Below are positions 13,593-25,233 of a stretch of DNA of 64,000 nt, piece after piece. The stretch's first letter is position 1. Each line of letters begins with the position of its first letter. The notes under the pieces were generated by a model, which worked only from the letters and a program-made list of their open reading frames with translations, searched no databases and had not been told where the DNA came from. Source of the DNA: Octopus sinensis. Taxonomy: Eukaryota. A program made the position numbers and the translations under genes. The stretch lies in contig NC_042997.1 of assembly GCF_006345805.1 (NCBI RefSeq), forward strand, positions 142,538,001-142,602,000, in the 5' to 3' direction.

Positions 13593-13910
13593 TGAACATA
13601 TAAGACATATATGCTAGTATCAAACAGTGAGAATGAGTGCTCAGCACCACATTGGTGAATAAATATTCTTTATCTGTGGATTAACAACCAATGGTTTCAT
13701 ATGAACAACCACAATTGTTCAAGAAAACCAAATCGGAATGTTGGTACTCTTCTCCATTTGTTGATACAAACAGGAAAATAGAACTCAAAATATGAGTATG
13801 TATATTTTTAAACAGCAAAAATTACAGAGTGACTCAAGGGCTATGAGTTTTGAGCATTGATACTTTCAAACTTATAATATATATATATATATATAATATA
13901 TATATATATA

Positions 13911-14120
13911 AAGTTAATCCAAACACGAAAACACAAAGAGAAAACACAACAACGCGAGGACGTGGAACAATTATAGTGTTATTGGAGGCTCAGGAAAGGA
14001 AAGAAAGAAGGAGGATTAACGTTTCAAGCAGAGCTCTTCATCAGAAACATAGGAAAAGGAAAGATCCAAGGAAGGGAAGACGGAAGAAAAACAATTGCCA
14101 ACGATACACATGTGGTCACA
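13911..14120 (-). mobile_element. Penelope-like terminal-repeat or retrozyme-type remnant
   Basis: Pyrimidine-rich on the - strand, abuts (TA)n and contains a hammerhead core; class assignment is inference from the known HHR-Penelope association. Confidence 0.55.
14014..14050 (-). ncRNA. Minimal type I hammerhead ribozyme motif
   Basis: - strand AUGUUU-CUGAUGA-A-GAGC-UCU-GCUU-GAAA-C-GUU-AAUC: intact core, 4-bp stem II (one G:U), palindromic AACGUU in place of stem III, stem I 3 of 4 paired. Confidence 0.6.
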
Positions 14121-14404
14121 TATATGAACTATTTAGGTTGATATCAACTTTGAACGCTTAAAATTTCTCTTAAACTTCACATAATTTTCATATTTTGTGA
14201 GTGACGCTTTATATTTTCATCTTTATATTAGCATTGGGTGACAGGATTTGTAAACAAATGCATTTACTGTTTCATAAATTACAACACAATGATCTTAATT
14301 CCGGGTCTACTTTGCTAGACGAGTCTTACACAGTACATATGTTGTACTTCCACTTCATTTTAATCTACTGTTTTTATCTTAAAAATATTTTCCTTCCTCT
14401 ATAT

Positions 14405-14723
14405 CAAAGGTTCTCAAACTTTTTGGGCCACTGCCCCACTCATGGTCACACCCCTATTTTTATGCATAAATAAATATTTTATATTTTACTAATTTATATA
14501 TACTATGAATCATTTGATATTTAATATAATGTTATATAATTTGTATGCAATACGATAATAATATCATAATAAATTCATAGTGTCCCCCAATCCACTGTCT
14601 TCTTCCCAATGCCTCCTTTTTCTCTAATGCCCCCCACCACCTCTTTAGGCACCAGCGCCCACCTGGACTGTCTCAACACCCACGGGGGGGGGGGGGCAGT
14701 AGTGCCCACTTTGAGAACCTATG
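14405..14723. mobile_element. hAT (Charlie-type) MITE with perfect 8-bp TSD
   Basis: TIRs CAAAGGTTCTCAAA / TTTGAGAACCTATG; identical flanks CTCTATAT at 14397-14404 and 14724-14731. Confidence 0.92.
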
Positions 14724-14831
14724 CTCTATATCCTTACATTCATTGAAATTCCATCAAGAAGTGATGAGGCATATTTCTTCTTCTCTTCCTTCTTTCTTTG
14801 CTTTATTACCTTTTAATAAAAGTAGTATGTG

Positions 14832-15070
14832 AAGGCACAGGGCTTAGTGGTTTGTGTGTGCAACACACAATCACAAGATTGTGGTTTCAATTCCTGGACT
14901 GGGTGGTGCATTGTGTTCTCAAGAGAAAAAGCTTCATTTCATGTTGCTTCAGTCCACTCAGCTGTAAATGAGTAACACTGCAGTGGACTGACCTACCATT
15001 CAACAGGAGTGTTGTGATCTCAGTCACTATACCTCATGGAAACATTAAGAGTCCTTGAACTAGAGACACT
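14832..15070 (+). mobile_element. SINE family D
   Basis: GAAGGCACAGGGCTTAGTGGTT head, GGTTTCAATTCC B-box, TTGTGTTCTC..CTTCATTTCATGTTGCTTCAGTCCACTCAGCTGTAAATGAGT core. Confidence 0.8.
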
Positions 15071-15331
15071 TATGTCTCCAAGGGTTAATGATGATGATGA
15101 AGGTCTTGGAGGTCTTCTCTCCCTTCCACCAGTCTTGGAGAACCTTTACAGGGTCTCCAAGACTAGTGGAAGTAAAAAAAGTGGCTGCCTTCAAATCAAA
15201 GATCTAGCCTAAATGTTTGCAGCACAATAGAAAACTCAGCTAAAGGCACCCAGCATGCCTGATCATGGGGCAGGATTACATTAAATTATGGTTGGATATG
15301 AACTCAGAAACCAAAGCAGCAGTAGCAGTCT

Positions 15332-15390
<59 letters not shown>
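15332..15390. repeat. (TAG)n microsatellite
   Basis: Near-perfect triplet run; source of the poly-Val and poly-Ser ORFs. Confidence 0.98.
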
Positions 15391-15391
<1 letters not shown>

Positions 15392-16497
15392 CTGCTGTAA
15401 CAGCACTTCACTGCATCACCATTTGTTGGCAGTTCCCTATGACTCCTGGTGGATATTGCCTTTACACTACTCAGACAACAACTCTCCAACCAATGAGTCC
15501 ATTGGAGTAGTCATTGTTGGAGAGTATTTTGCAAGGTCAGAGTGCAAATCATATCTCAACCTCTTTTAGTTGCTTTTTACAACACACAGAGGAAGCATTG
15601 GGTCTATTCTTTGACATGTCAATTCTCACACAGCACAGAACACAAAAAAATCATAGAAAATTTTTCAAAGCCTGTGGTCCAACTTTCTTCGAAGCTATCA
15701 CTCTTGATGAGTCGTTTTTTCATCAATCCCTAAAAGCAAAGCTGACTGTAACACCCTATTGTTTTGTCTTAAATCCTTGTCATTATCACTCTTATTCATA
15801 AATCCATCAGTGTTCTCCCTGAATACAATATTTTTTCCTTGATATGAATTATGATTGTGTCTTAATGCTATTAAAGATGTGTAGGATATACAGAAAGGGA
15901 ATAAGTGTTTTAAGCTAGTGGAGGAAAAGAATAAATAACACAGCTTCCATTTTCTTTCTCTACAACTATGGGGGATTTTTTTACATCCTTTAAATCAGGG
16001 ACCCCCAACCACCAGGCTGTGGATCATTTGGTATCAGATCACACAAAAAGAATAAATTTTAAAATTTATTTCTATTTTGTTGGTTATTGTTGTCTGCAGA
16101 ATGTTTTTGTATTATGTTGTATAGTGAAACTGTATACTCCTCCCAGTAAAAAGTGGTAGTAGCCAACCATTATAAATACACCAGTAGCTGGTCGACACTA
16201 GAAGGTCGAGGAAGTAGAAGGTCAAGAGTACATGTAGACTGTGTTGATAGTCATGTCTGTGCTGATATAGTAATTATATTGTGATACTAAGTGGACATTA
16301 TAATGATCCAATCCTTTGAGGATAATAACATTCTACAACTGGGGGGTCGTACAGTGCCTGATAGAAACATCCTATCGATGACTTCATAATATAACAATAT
16401 CTGTCAGAGCAACAACTAACATCAAAAGACAAATACAACAGTGGCAAAAGACCGCTTTACAACACATTATATATCCATTATATATATATATATATAT

Positions 16498-16790
16498 AAA
16501 GGGAAAGTTTACGAAAATAAACAAAAGACGAAGGCAGGTGGAGTACAAACAAACAAATGTATTAGTATAGCACTCAGGAATAGAAAAAGTCTTTTACGTT
16601 TCGAGTCTACGCTCTTCTACAGAAAGATACACAGGAAAAAACAAAGAGAGAAAAAAAATGCATGTAGGAGCTAACTATCTATCATGGCATCCTGACTTCA
16701 GACAGTGGTCAGACGCGAGAGGGACAGTAGGGGAGATAACAGGGTCTAGTGACTTCCAATACGAAGGTGCCCCCAACACAAAGGTGCATA
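16498..16790 (-). mobile_element. Second Penelope-like or retrozyme-type remnant
   Basis: Same layout as 13911-14120 (next to (TA)n, pyrimidine-rich on -, hammerhead-like core) with different flanking sequence. Confidence 0.5.
16589..16628 (-). ncRNA. Variant hammerhead ribozyme motif (CUGUAGA core)
   Basis: - strand AUCUUU-CUGUAGA-A-GAG-CGUAGA-CUC-GAAA-C-GUA-AAAGAC: 5-bp stem I, 3-bp stem II, GUA triplet, U at core position 6. Confidence 0.5.
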
Positions 16791-18416
16791 TGTGTATAAG
16801 AGAGTATATATATGTGTGTATATATATATGTACTAAACATGTTAAATTCTATATTTTGTAGTTTATTGTGTTTTTTGTTATTTGTGTACTCTCCCCCAGT
16901 CCATGGACAAATTGTCGTGCATGAAACTGGTCCCTGGTACGAAAAAGGTTGGGATTGTTTTAAACACTATTATTTGTAAATGAAAATGCGTGCATGATAT
17001 TGATAGGGTAGTATTTGCTGACAAAGTTTTTTAAAAAAAAAATTCATAAAGTTCAACAAATTAGATGGTCGATACAAGAAAAATATCCTTTGAACAGGAT
17101 CAATCTTAATTATAAACTTTGGTTTATTTGAAGCACTCTCTCATTTTTATAATCCTTTACAAGAAATGCAAGCTAATATATATATTAAAATAAAAGCCAT
17201 GTTATTGATAATAGGCATGAAAGCTACATGTGGGTGAGATAAGGACTGTTTACTAGTTTTCTCATATCCATGGAGATACTTCAAGATAAGTGAGATATCA
17301 TATTAATCTATAGATCTCAAGTGTTTACTTTTCTTTCAACTTTCTTGTCTTGCATACACACACAGAACTGCATATGTGTGTATATTGAGAAATATATATA
17401 TATTGCCATAAGGCAAGTTAAGACAGCTCACTGCTAGGAAAATTTGAATAACTTCATACCTACACTACACTTTAATGTTGCTATGTAACATTCTAGAACA
17501 GTAATAGAAGAACCAGATCAAATAATTTCTCTTTTGTCACTTTCATGAACAGATTATGGATTTGCTAATTCAGAATTTGTGTTTTCTTTTTAGTTATTTA
17601 TTTTACTTGCAATTTTGTAGGTATATTATTAACCTTTGAAATGTTGATATCCTTTGTGAAAGCACTTGAAACCTCAACAGAAGTAAAATTTCTTTGATAC
17701 AAACAACAAATTAAAAGCTTAATATGTTCCTGAAATACACTTAACAGTTCCAGAACATGATGAAGCATTTTGTTTTGTAATTAGTTAACTTTCAGTCAGT
17801 AACAGGTTAAATCAAATACTATTTGTTTTTTAGTTTGGGGTTTTTTTTTTATTTATCTCTAGCTTGGAATTTACTAGCTAAAATTAGTTCAATCATCACC
17901 TTGGGTATAGTAGGTGGGAAGAGAGATGTATTTACAGTGGTGTTAGTCTGTGTATACAGGTGTGTTAGTGTATGTGTGACTCTGTAAGTGTTCGTGTGTC
18001 TATGTATGACGGTATGTGGGGGAGTATATGTATTAGTGCGTATTAGTGGTTTGTGTGTGTTGGTGTGTATATATGTATGAGAAGGGAGGAGTGGGGTGAG
18101 AGAGAATGCTGATGTATAAATTAGAAATTCCCACATAAATTAGGTGTTGGAAGAGCAACTTTATTTTTAAATTTTTTTCTTTTTTACATATATTTTTAAA
18201 ATGTCTCATTAGACCTAACTAGTAGTTATGTATACACTATCTAACTTAGTACTTCTTGTTTCATCTTTGCTACTTGAATACTTCTTTTTGTTTTGAACTA
18301 ATATAGGTTTTTTGATTCAGAGCTTAAACTTACAACATATGCAAAAAAAAAAAAAAGAAATTTCTTTGATTCTGTGAATTAAACATCTAAACAATATTTT
18401 TATTTTTAAAGAATAT

Positions 18417-18418
18417 CT

Positions 18419-18508
<90 letters not shown>

Positions 18509-18518
18509 CTCACTCTCT
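18417..18518. repeat. (CT)n microsatellite
   Basis: Long CT run with few interruptions. Confidence 0.98.
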
Positions 18519-18627
18519 CAAGAGACCTCTTCTCACCAAACTCTTAAACTTTACTGCATAATTATTGCCAAAGTAGACTCCCACGTCTAGTTACCTTCAA
18601 TTTTGTTTTTCACCTACATTATAATAG

Positions 18628-18900
18628 CTACAGTTAGCTGGATACTAGGCTCAAGATCATAATGACATTGGATTTGATTCCTGGACCAGATGGTTCAATG
18701 TACCCTTGGGAAAAGCACTTCATTTCACATTGTTCCAGTGTACTCAACTAAAATAGAGTACTAAGTGTTAGTGCAGCCTTTTCTTTCACCAGTTATCATA
18801 TCTTTGATGTTCTCCTAGGTCAATGAGTTGAGAAGGTGTTTACATCTGCTCATGATTACAGAGGCACCTAAAGCATTGGTACATAACTGCATGTCACGCC
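18628..18900 (+). mobile_element. SINE family D, degenerate
   Basis: GGATTTGATTCCTGG B-box region, AAAGCACTTCATTTCACATTGTTCCAGTGTACTCAACT core, tail similar to the 46198 copy. Confidence 0.65.
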
Positions 18901-19117
18901 AGTCTGTATATGACTGCTATGCATGCATGCTAAATGAATGCAAGATGAATGCCTCTTTCCAATATCAATTTTTCTAGCTTTCCTAGGAAAAAATAGAATC
19001 TGGTGAATTATCTCGCATTTGGTTATATGTAACAAATTTAAATCCATGATCCAATAGTAAATTTATTTTTATCCATTCAGCTATTTTGCCACTAAGCTTC
19101 TTTTTATCGTATGTATG

Positions 19118-19159
<42 letters not shown>

Positions 19160-19707
19160 ATTCGATGACTGCCATCCGTGCTAGTGGGGTGCAAAGAGCA
19201 TACAAGTGTGATCGTTGACAGACTGGCTAACCGGCTTCCGTGCCAGTGGCACATAAAAGGCACCATTCGAGTGTGATCATTACCAGCATCGCCTTACTGG
19301 CACTCGTGCCTGTGCTAGTAGGGTGCCAAGAGCACCATCCATGCATGATCGTTGCCAGATCAGCTAACTGGCTTCCGTGCCGGTGGCACGTAAAAGGCAC
19401 CATTCGAGCGTGATTGTTACCAGCGTCGCCTTACTGGCACCTGTGCCGGTGGCATGTGTGAAAAGATTCGAGCGAGGTCGTTGCCAGTACTGCCTGACTG
19501 GCCCCCATGCTGGTGGCATGTAAAAAGCACCCACTACACTCTTGGAGTGGTTGGCATTAGGAAGGACATCCAGCTGTAGAAACTCTGCCAGATTCAAGAT
19601 TGGAGCCTGGTGCAGCCATCTGGTTCGCCAGCCCTCAGTCAAAATCGTCCAATCCATGCTAGCATGGAAAGCGAACGTTAAACGATGTTGATGTTGATGA
19701 TGATGAT
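19160..19707 (+). mobile_element. SINE family C with about five internal units, inserted in (TA)n
   Basis: Tandem ~65-70-bp units 19175-19520 in A-B-A-B-C order, then the standard tail; (TA)n on both sides. Confidence 0.92.
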
Positions 19708-21166
19708 ATATATATATATATATATATATTTACTAAATCACGAAATAGTCAGTTCATAAGGAAATAAACCTTTAAGAAATCAAATTTACTTTTTTCAGTT
19801 TACTTTTACTGTAAACAAATACAACTGCTTTACCTACCGAGTTCTTTGGAGAAAGAATTGTAATTACCTTCCAGAGTTGTTATATCTGCTTTATACATCT
19901 CTACTTTAAGGAGGTTACTTCTTCAGCTACTTATGATTGACATGCTTTGCTGTATGGCTTGTAGGCGTGTTGTAGTTACCTGGCGATTATAAAACAAGGA
20001 ACTCCCACCTCCCTCCTCACCATTTCTCCGCCTTTTTTATGGTTTTTTTTTTTTCATTTTTCATTTTACTATCTTCTCAATACTAGTCAAAGGGCAAGCT
20101 TTAAAATCTTTTGTCTTATGCAATTAAATGGTGGGAGAAAGGAATGTTATCTACTATATATTTTTATTTTAGTTTTTACCTCATACATGCACACGGAAAA
20201 TAATCAGCATACTCTCACATATAAAGCAAAGGTTTCTATATGCTATATATATATATATATACAGTGTACATTTTATAATGTGTATTTATATATGAATATG
20301 GGCATGTTTACACTTATAATATAATGCCTGTCTAGAGGTGTGTGTAGAAGGTATGGGAATCCCCATACACTTATTACAATCCGCAATCTTTTCTTATTCA
20401 TATATATATACACATACAGTTATATTATTATTATTATTTAGACACTCCTCAAATGAAGTACTGATCAGGTTCTCTGTCTTTATTCAGTGATACAACTGGG
20501 TCTAAATACCTGAAGATATTTTTTAAAAAGTTGTTTCACCTTTTCAGTATGTGCCTTGGAGTTATTCGCAACGTAGTGTTTTCTTCTCAAGAAAAATTAC
20601 TTAACCAAGGGAAATAAATAAATATATATATATATACACACATATATATAAGTGAGGGAGAGAGAGAAAGAAAAAAATCTTGCAGGTTAGCTATATGTTA
20701 CAGTTTCTTATTTTGCTATCTCTTTTGCTGTGAATATTGTTGATTTACTCATATTGTCTTCTATGAAGAAATGTATGTGCAGTATCGACAGAATTTATTA
20801 TGAATATTTACTAACACTGCCCTCCTTCTGTACCATAACTTTTTCTTAGCACATTGTGCATTCCTAAATTATATATAATTTGAAGATAAACAAGTGTATA
20901 ATAATAATAATAATAATAATAATAAGTAGCATGACTTCATGACTGTATATTATCATTGTTTATTAGTTTGTAAAAGTTTTTATATGTTAATACCAAACAT
21001 TTTATATCTTACGCTACAAATATGTGTGTGTTTGTCTCTCTCTCTCTATCTCTTGCTCTCCCTGTCTCATTCCTTTCTCTCTCTCTCTCTCACTCTACCT
21101 GTGTGTTTATGTGTGTCTGTCTAACTGTTTGTATGTGTCTAAATTTCTCCATACTTTCATAAACAG

Positions 21167-21214
21167 AAGAATGCACAGTCTTCATATAAAAAGCATTGAC
21201 CCACCTACTCACAG
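21167..21214 (+). CDS. Candidate 48-nt symmetric exon (phase 2-2), RMHSLHIKSIDPPTH
   Basis: Acceptor tttctccatactttcataaacag, donor CAG|gtacca, one open frame; no homology recognised. Confidence 0.25.
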
Positions 21215-21677
21215 GTACCACATTAAAATTTTTTGCAGGTGTTTTAATATTTTTCCCAGTCTAACACTATATTATATATTGCCTGGTTCCACTTAGCTGT
21301 CAGATATAGGAATAAGATCATCTGGCAATGCCACCTGCAATCAAACTTCAAAGATTCGGAACTATCTTTTTGCTTTCAATAGAATAATTCATTAAAAGTA
21401 CAGCTTTCAGTATATGAAATGCATTTTTATAATGAAATAATGAACTCCTCCCACATCACTGTTCATTCACCTGTAATTAACAGCTATTTATCCCTGCCTT
21501 ACTCTGATGATAGCTTCAGATGATGTCAGAAGCTTAGTCTGCCCTTCCTTCCTTAAAACACTGTAATATTTAGTATATCATATTTAACACAAGATGTTAA
21601 TATGAGTTTATTTGGAAAGCTTTCTGTTCATCTTTGAAGCATTACACAATCATATAAACGATAAATATCACCCTTTT

Positions 21678-21972
21678 CAAGCCTAGCCAGGCTCATGGGC
21701 CCAGTTTCCCGGTTTCTCTGGTGTATGTGTTCCCCCCAGCTTGATGGGACGCCAGTTTATCGCAGCGTTACTCAAGAAACAGGAAGAGAGAGTGAGAGAA
21801 AGTTGCAGCGAAAGAGTACAACAGGGGTTACCACCACCCCTTGCCAGAGCTTTGTGGACCTTTTTAAGTGTTTTCACTCAATAAACACACACAACGCCTG
21901 GTCTGGGAATCAAAATCGCAATCCTCCGACCGCGAGTCCGCTGCGCTAACCACGAGGCCATTGCGCCTCTAC
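21678..21972 (-). mobile_element. SINE family D, CpG-rich (young-looking) copy
   Basis: - strand GTAGAGGCGCAATGGCCTCGTGGTTAGCGCAGCGGACTCGCGG tRNA-like head; GAAACCGGGAAACTGGGCCCATGAGCC tail. Confidence 0.88.
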
Positions 21973-22049
21973 TACACAATCATATACACTCCCTTAAACA
22001 CACACACACACACACACAAGCATACAAACACACACATATACACATGCTG

Positions 22050-22237
22050 TTAACACTTTTGTTGGAGCAAACTCTTTATTTCGGTTAATTTTGGAAATAA
22101 CGAAGAATTTAGTAAAATAACTTTGTTGTTTATTAAGTTGGTGTCTGGAACAGAAATTGGCATGAAATTTTCATGAAGGGTTTTAACTTGAAACAGGAAG
22201 TTCGCGTGAGAATCTAGGGTGGTCTCAAGTTGGTTAA
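22050..22237 (-). mobile_element. TTAA-flanked MITE related to the 8559 copy
   Basis: TTAA at both ends; internal similarity to 8400-8730; TIRs poorly matched. Confidence 0.45.
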
Positions 22238-22379
22238 AGACATACAAATGCAAGCATGCACACACACACACGCACACATGATGCATGCATGCATATGCAT
22301 ACAAACACATGCTACAAATGTACGTCCTTATGATCATAAGCATTTTAATATCCATTTCACTATACTCATATGGGTTGTT

Positions 22380-22560
22380 TGTGTTTGTAACCACTTCTTC
22401 CAATGTCTTTGACTGTATTTTCTGTATCAGAAGGATCTTCTACTCTCAATATGTATCAGTACCCGGTACTTTGGCTCAGCTTTCAGCTTTCTCAACCCAC
22501 TTGTACTTCATCTTGGATAGAAGTGTGAATGTCTGTATTCAACTCAATGCATTTCATATA
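22380..22560 (-). mobile_element. Possible decayed RTE LINE 3' fragment
   Basis: - strand reads ...QSKTLEEVV, resembling the RPRKTWDEVV C-terminal motif of RTE ORFs; heavily degenerate. Confidence 0.3.
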
Positions 22561-23135
22561 GCTGCTACAGAGGACTAAGCGTCACATACTTTCATTTTTA
22601 GGCAATGCTATTTGCAGTTGACAGGTATACTGTTAAGATATAGATTAATCTCAACTGCTTAGAAATAATTACCCTCTCAAATGCTAACCTCCACACACTT
22701 AGTTGAGAGCGTTTTTCCCCTTCTCTTGCTTTTCTTGTCTTGAAAGTTATGTGGCAACTCCACTAGTGTCAGTGACATGGAAAAAGTATCCAGTTCACAC
22801 TGTAAAGTGGTTGGCATTTGGCTGTAGAAACCATACCAAAGTTAATATGGTGCATGATGCATCTCTGTGACTCACCAGGTCTGGATCAAACTGTCCAACC
22901 CATGCCAGGAAACAGATGTTAACTGATGATGAATAGAATTCGTTTGGTCTTACTAAATAAGGCTTTTGGATTCGACCTTTGATTTTGTAAAGAAAACCCA
23001 TCACTGATACCAAATGAATCATTAGTTTTGAGTGTAATTACTCCCTTATCAGTTTTTCCATGGTTGACTCTGGTAACTCATTATATACTTAGCTACTACA
23101 ATATGTATCTATTTACCAGCAGAATGTGGTGTGTT

Positions 23136-23368
23136 AAGGCGGCGAGCTGGCAGAAACGTTAGCACGATGGGCGAAATACTTAACAGTATTTTGTCTGCCA
23201 CTACGTTCTGAGTTCAAATTCCACCAAGGTCGACTTTGCCTTTCATCCTTTCGGGGTCAATTAAATAAGTACCAGTTACGCACTGGGGTCGATATTATCA
23301 ACTTAATCCATTTGTTTATCCTTGTTTGTCACCTCTGTGTGTAGCCCCTTGTGGGCAGTATAGAAATA
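23136..23368 (+). mobile_element. SINE family A (alternative tail) with 13-bp TSD, inserted in the head of a family D copy
   Basis: AAGGCGGCGAGCTGGCAGAAACGTTAGC head; AGAATGTGGTGTG duplicated at 23121 and 23369; D-type body continues to about 23620. Confidence 0.92.
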
Positions 23369-24249
23369 AGAATGTGGTGTGTGGTTTAGTGGTGAGCTTG
23401 TTGAGTTCATGATTATAGGTGATTACGTTCAATTACAGATCTAGGTGATGTGTCTTTGTGCAAGGTGCTTCTCTTCTTGTTGCTCCAGACATCAGCTGAA
23501 AATGAGCTCCAGCTGACTTCTGGTGTAGCCCTCTTTTTCTCAAGCTGTCACATCCTCAGTGTTCCACTGGGTCATGGGTGAAAGGACTAAGTGTGTCTTT
23601 ATCTAATTGCGACTGCATAGGAACCTAAAACAATTAGTGAAAACATGGTACATACTACTAGGTCATACTTGCATGCCAGCTATGGTTTGATTTTGGTGGT
23701 TTAATATTAAACTACTGATGTAGAATCCTACATTTCATAAACACTTAAAATAGTTATGAACCAAGAAATACTTCACGTAGTCACTGAACCTGCTTGCAAT
23801 AACAGCCAGATCTACCACCCTTATTCAAATTCATGCTATTGGCCTATTTGAGTTATTCTCTTCAACTCATTACTTTTTAATTATGCAAATTATACTGATC
23901 AAAAATTACTTGAGTATACTTATATTAAGTTGATGAGGTTGAATATACTGAAACTTGTCCATAGTTGTCTCCCTTCCAAATGAACATGTAAATTAATTTT
24001 GAGAGATTAATTCTTAGCTTCTTGAAATTATCTTCCCTTTACTTTGAGACCTACTAACAATTGCTGCAAGGTTTTTGTTATTTTTTTTTTCTCCAAGAAA
24101 TAAATACTATTCAAGTTTTTGCATACTGCATTCAGTGTATCATACTTTAAATTCATCATTCTCATCATCATAATTTCAATGTCCTCTTTGCCATGTTTGC
24201 ATGAAACCAATGAAATTCATTGAGGTAAATTTTCTATGACTAAATGTCA

Positions 24250-24598
24250 TTCCTGTTGTCAACCCATACCTATTTCCAAGCAAGATAGTATTTCCCCAAG
24301 TCCTTCAAACACGGACAGCATAATGGCTGGGCATGTGTCCATGGAAGATTGCAAATGAATGACACAGCTTGTATAACAGTGATATTTGTTTACAATTAGC
24401 ACACAAAAGGAAGTGCTCACACACATATATATAGATAGACAATGGGCTTCTTTCAGTTTCTATCTACCGTATATACTCACAACACTTTGCATGGCCTAGA
24501 GTTATAGTACAAGTTACTCACTGAAGATGCCATGCAGTGGCACTGAATCCAAAACCACATGGTTCCAAGGCAAAATTTTAAACTTCTCAGCCATGCTT
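24250..24598 (-). mobile_element. SINE B head with RTE-type tail
   Basis: Colinear with the reverse complement of 9318-9750 and 38015-38420. Confidence 0.7.
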
Positions 24599-25233
24599 TT
24601 GTCTTGCCATATCCATTTCATTGACCCATTTGAGTTACTCTCCTTAGTTCATTTTACTTTCTTTTTTAAGTTACATTGATGTTTTTTTTTTTTAATTTAA
24701 GTCAATAAAAATTTAAAATACACCAAAATAGAAAACAGACAGAAGCAAGTTTTTGGTACATATAGTGTTAACTTTATTGATTTTAAGATTAAGATATTGA
24801 TAGTTTAAGCAGCAATAAATTATAAAGTGCTGCCATATTGGTGAAGACCATTCTGTGTGTGTGCGTGTGTGTCTGTGTGTGTGATTTATTTATATTTTTC
24901 ATGTTGTTTTCTGCTATTTGTCAATAAAAGATTAAATTGATGGCTCTTCTTACTTTCAATTTTTAGATAATTTTTACTAAATTTCTTGAAATTTTATTGA
25001 ACATTATTTTGGTGTAAATCTGACTGGAGGGGGTTTTTATTTACTTATTTATTTATTTATCTATTTATTTATGCTCAAATGATTGCATGTTTTGCTGTTA
25101 TTGATTATATTTCACAGTTATTAACTGAATTGCATTGCACAATACTAGAATGATGTTGTGGCAAACATCTAGTCAGCTCTCTAGCTCAGTAAATACATGT
25201 AGTCAAAATTAGATCGTGTATATGATATTGAAT

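Larger units (their letters stand above)
15996..16957. mobile_element. hAT (Charlie-type) non-autonomous element carrying nested insertions
   Basis: Left end CAGGGACCCCCAACC, right end GAAACTGGTCCCTGGTACGAAAAAGGTTGGGATTG; flanks CTTTAAAT / TTTTAAAC match 6/8. Confidence 0.7.

Noticed and set aside
15265-15569. Poly-Val and poly-Ser ORFs
   Set aside because: Translation of the (TAG)n microsatellite.
15400-15800. Possible LINE or coding remnant
   Set aside because: No recognisable motif in any frame.
19175-19520. CRISPR-like array of hairpin repeats
   Set aside because: Units are similar along their whole length with no unique spacers, are fused to a SINE tail and have no cas genes nearby; eukaryotic context.
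21494-21540. CTGATGA followed by a short hairpin (possible hammerhead)
   Set aside because: No GAAA after the stem and no stem I.
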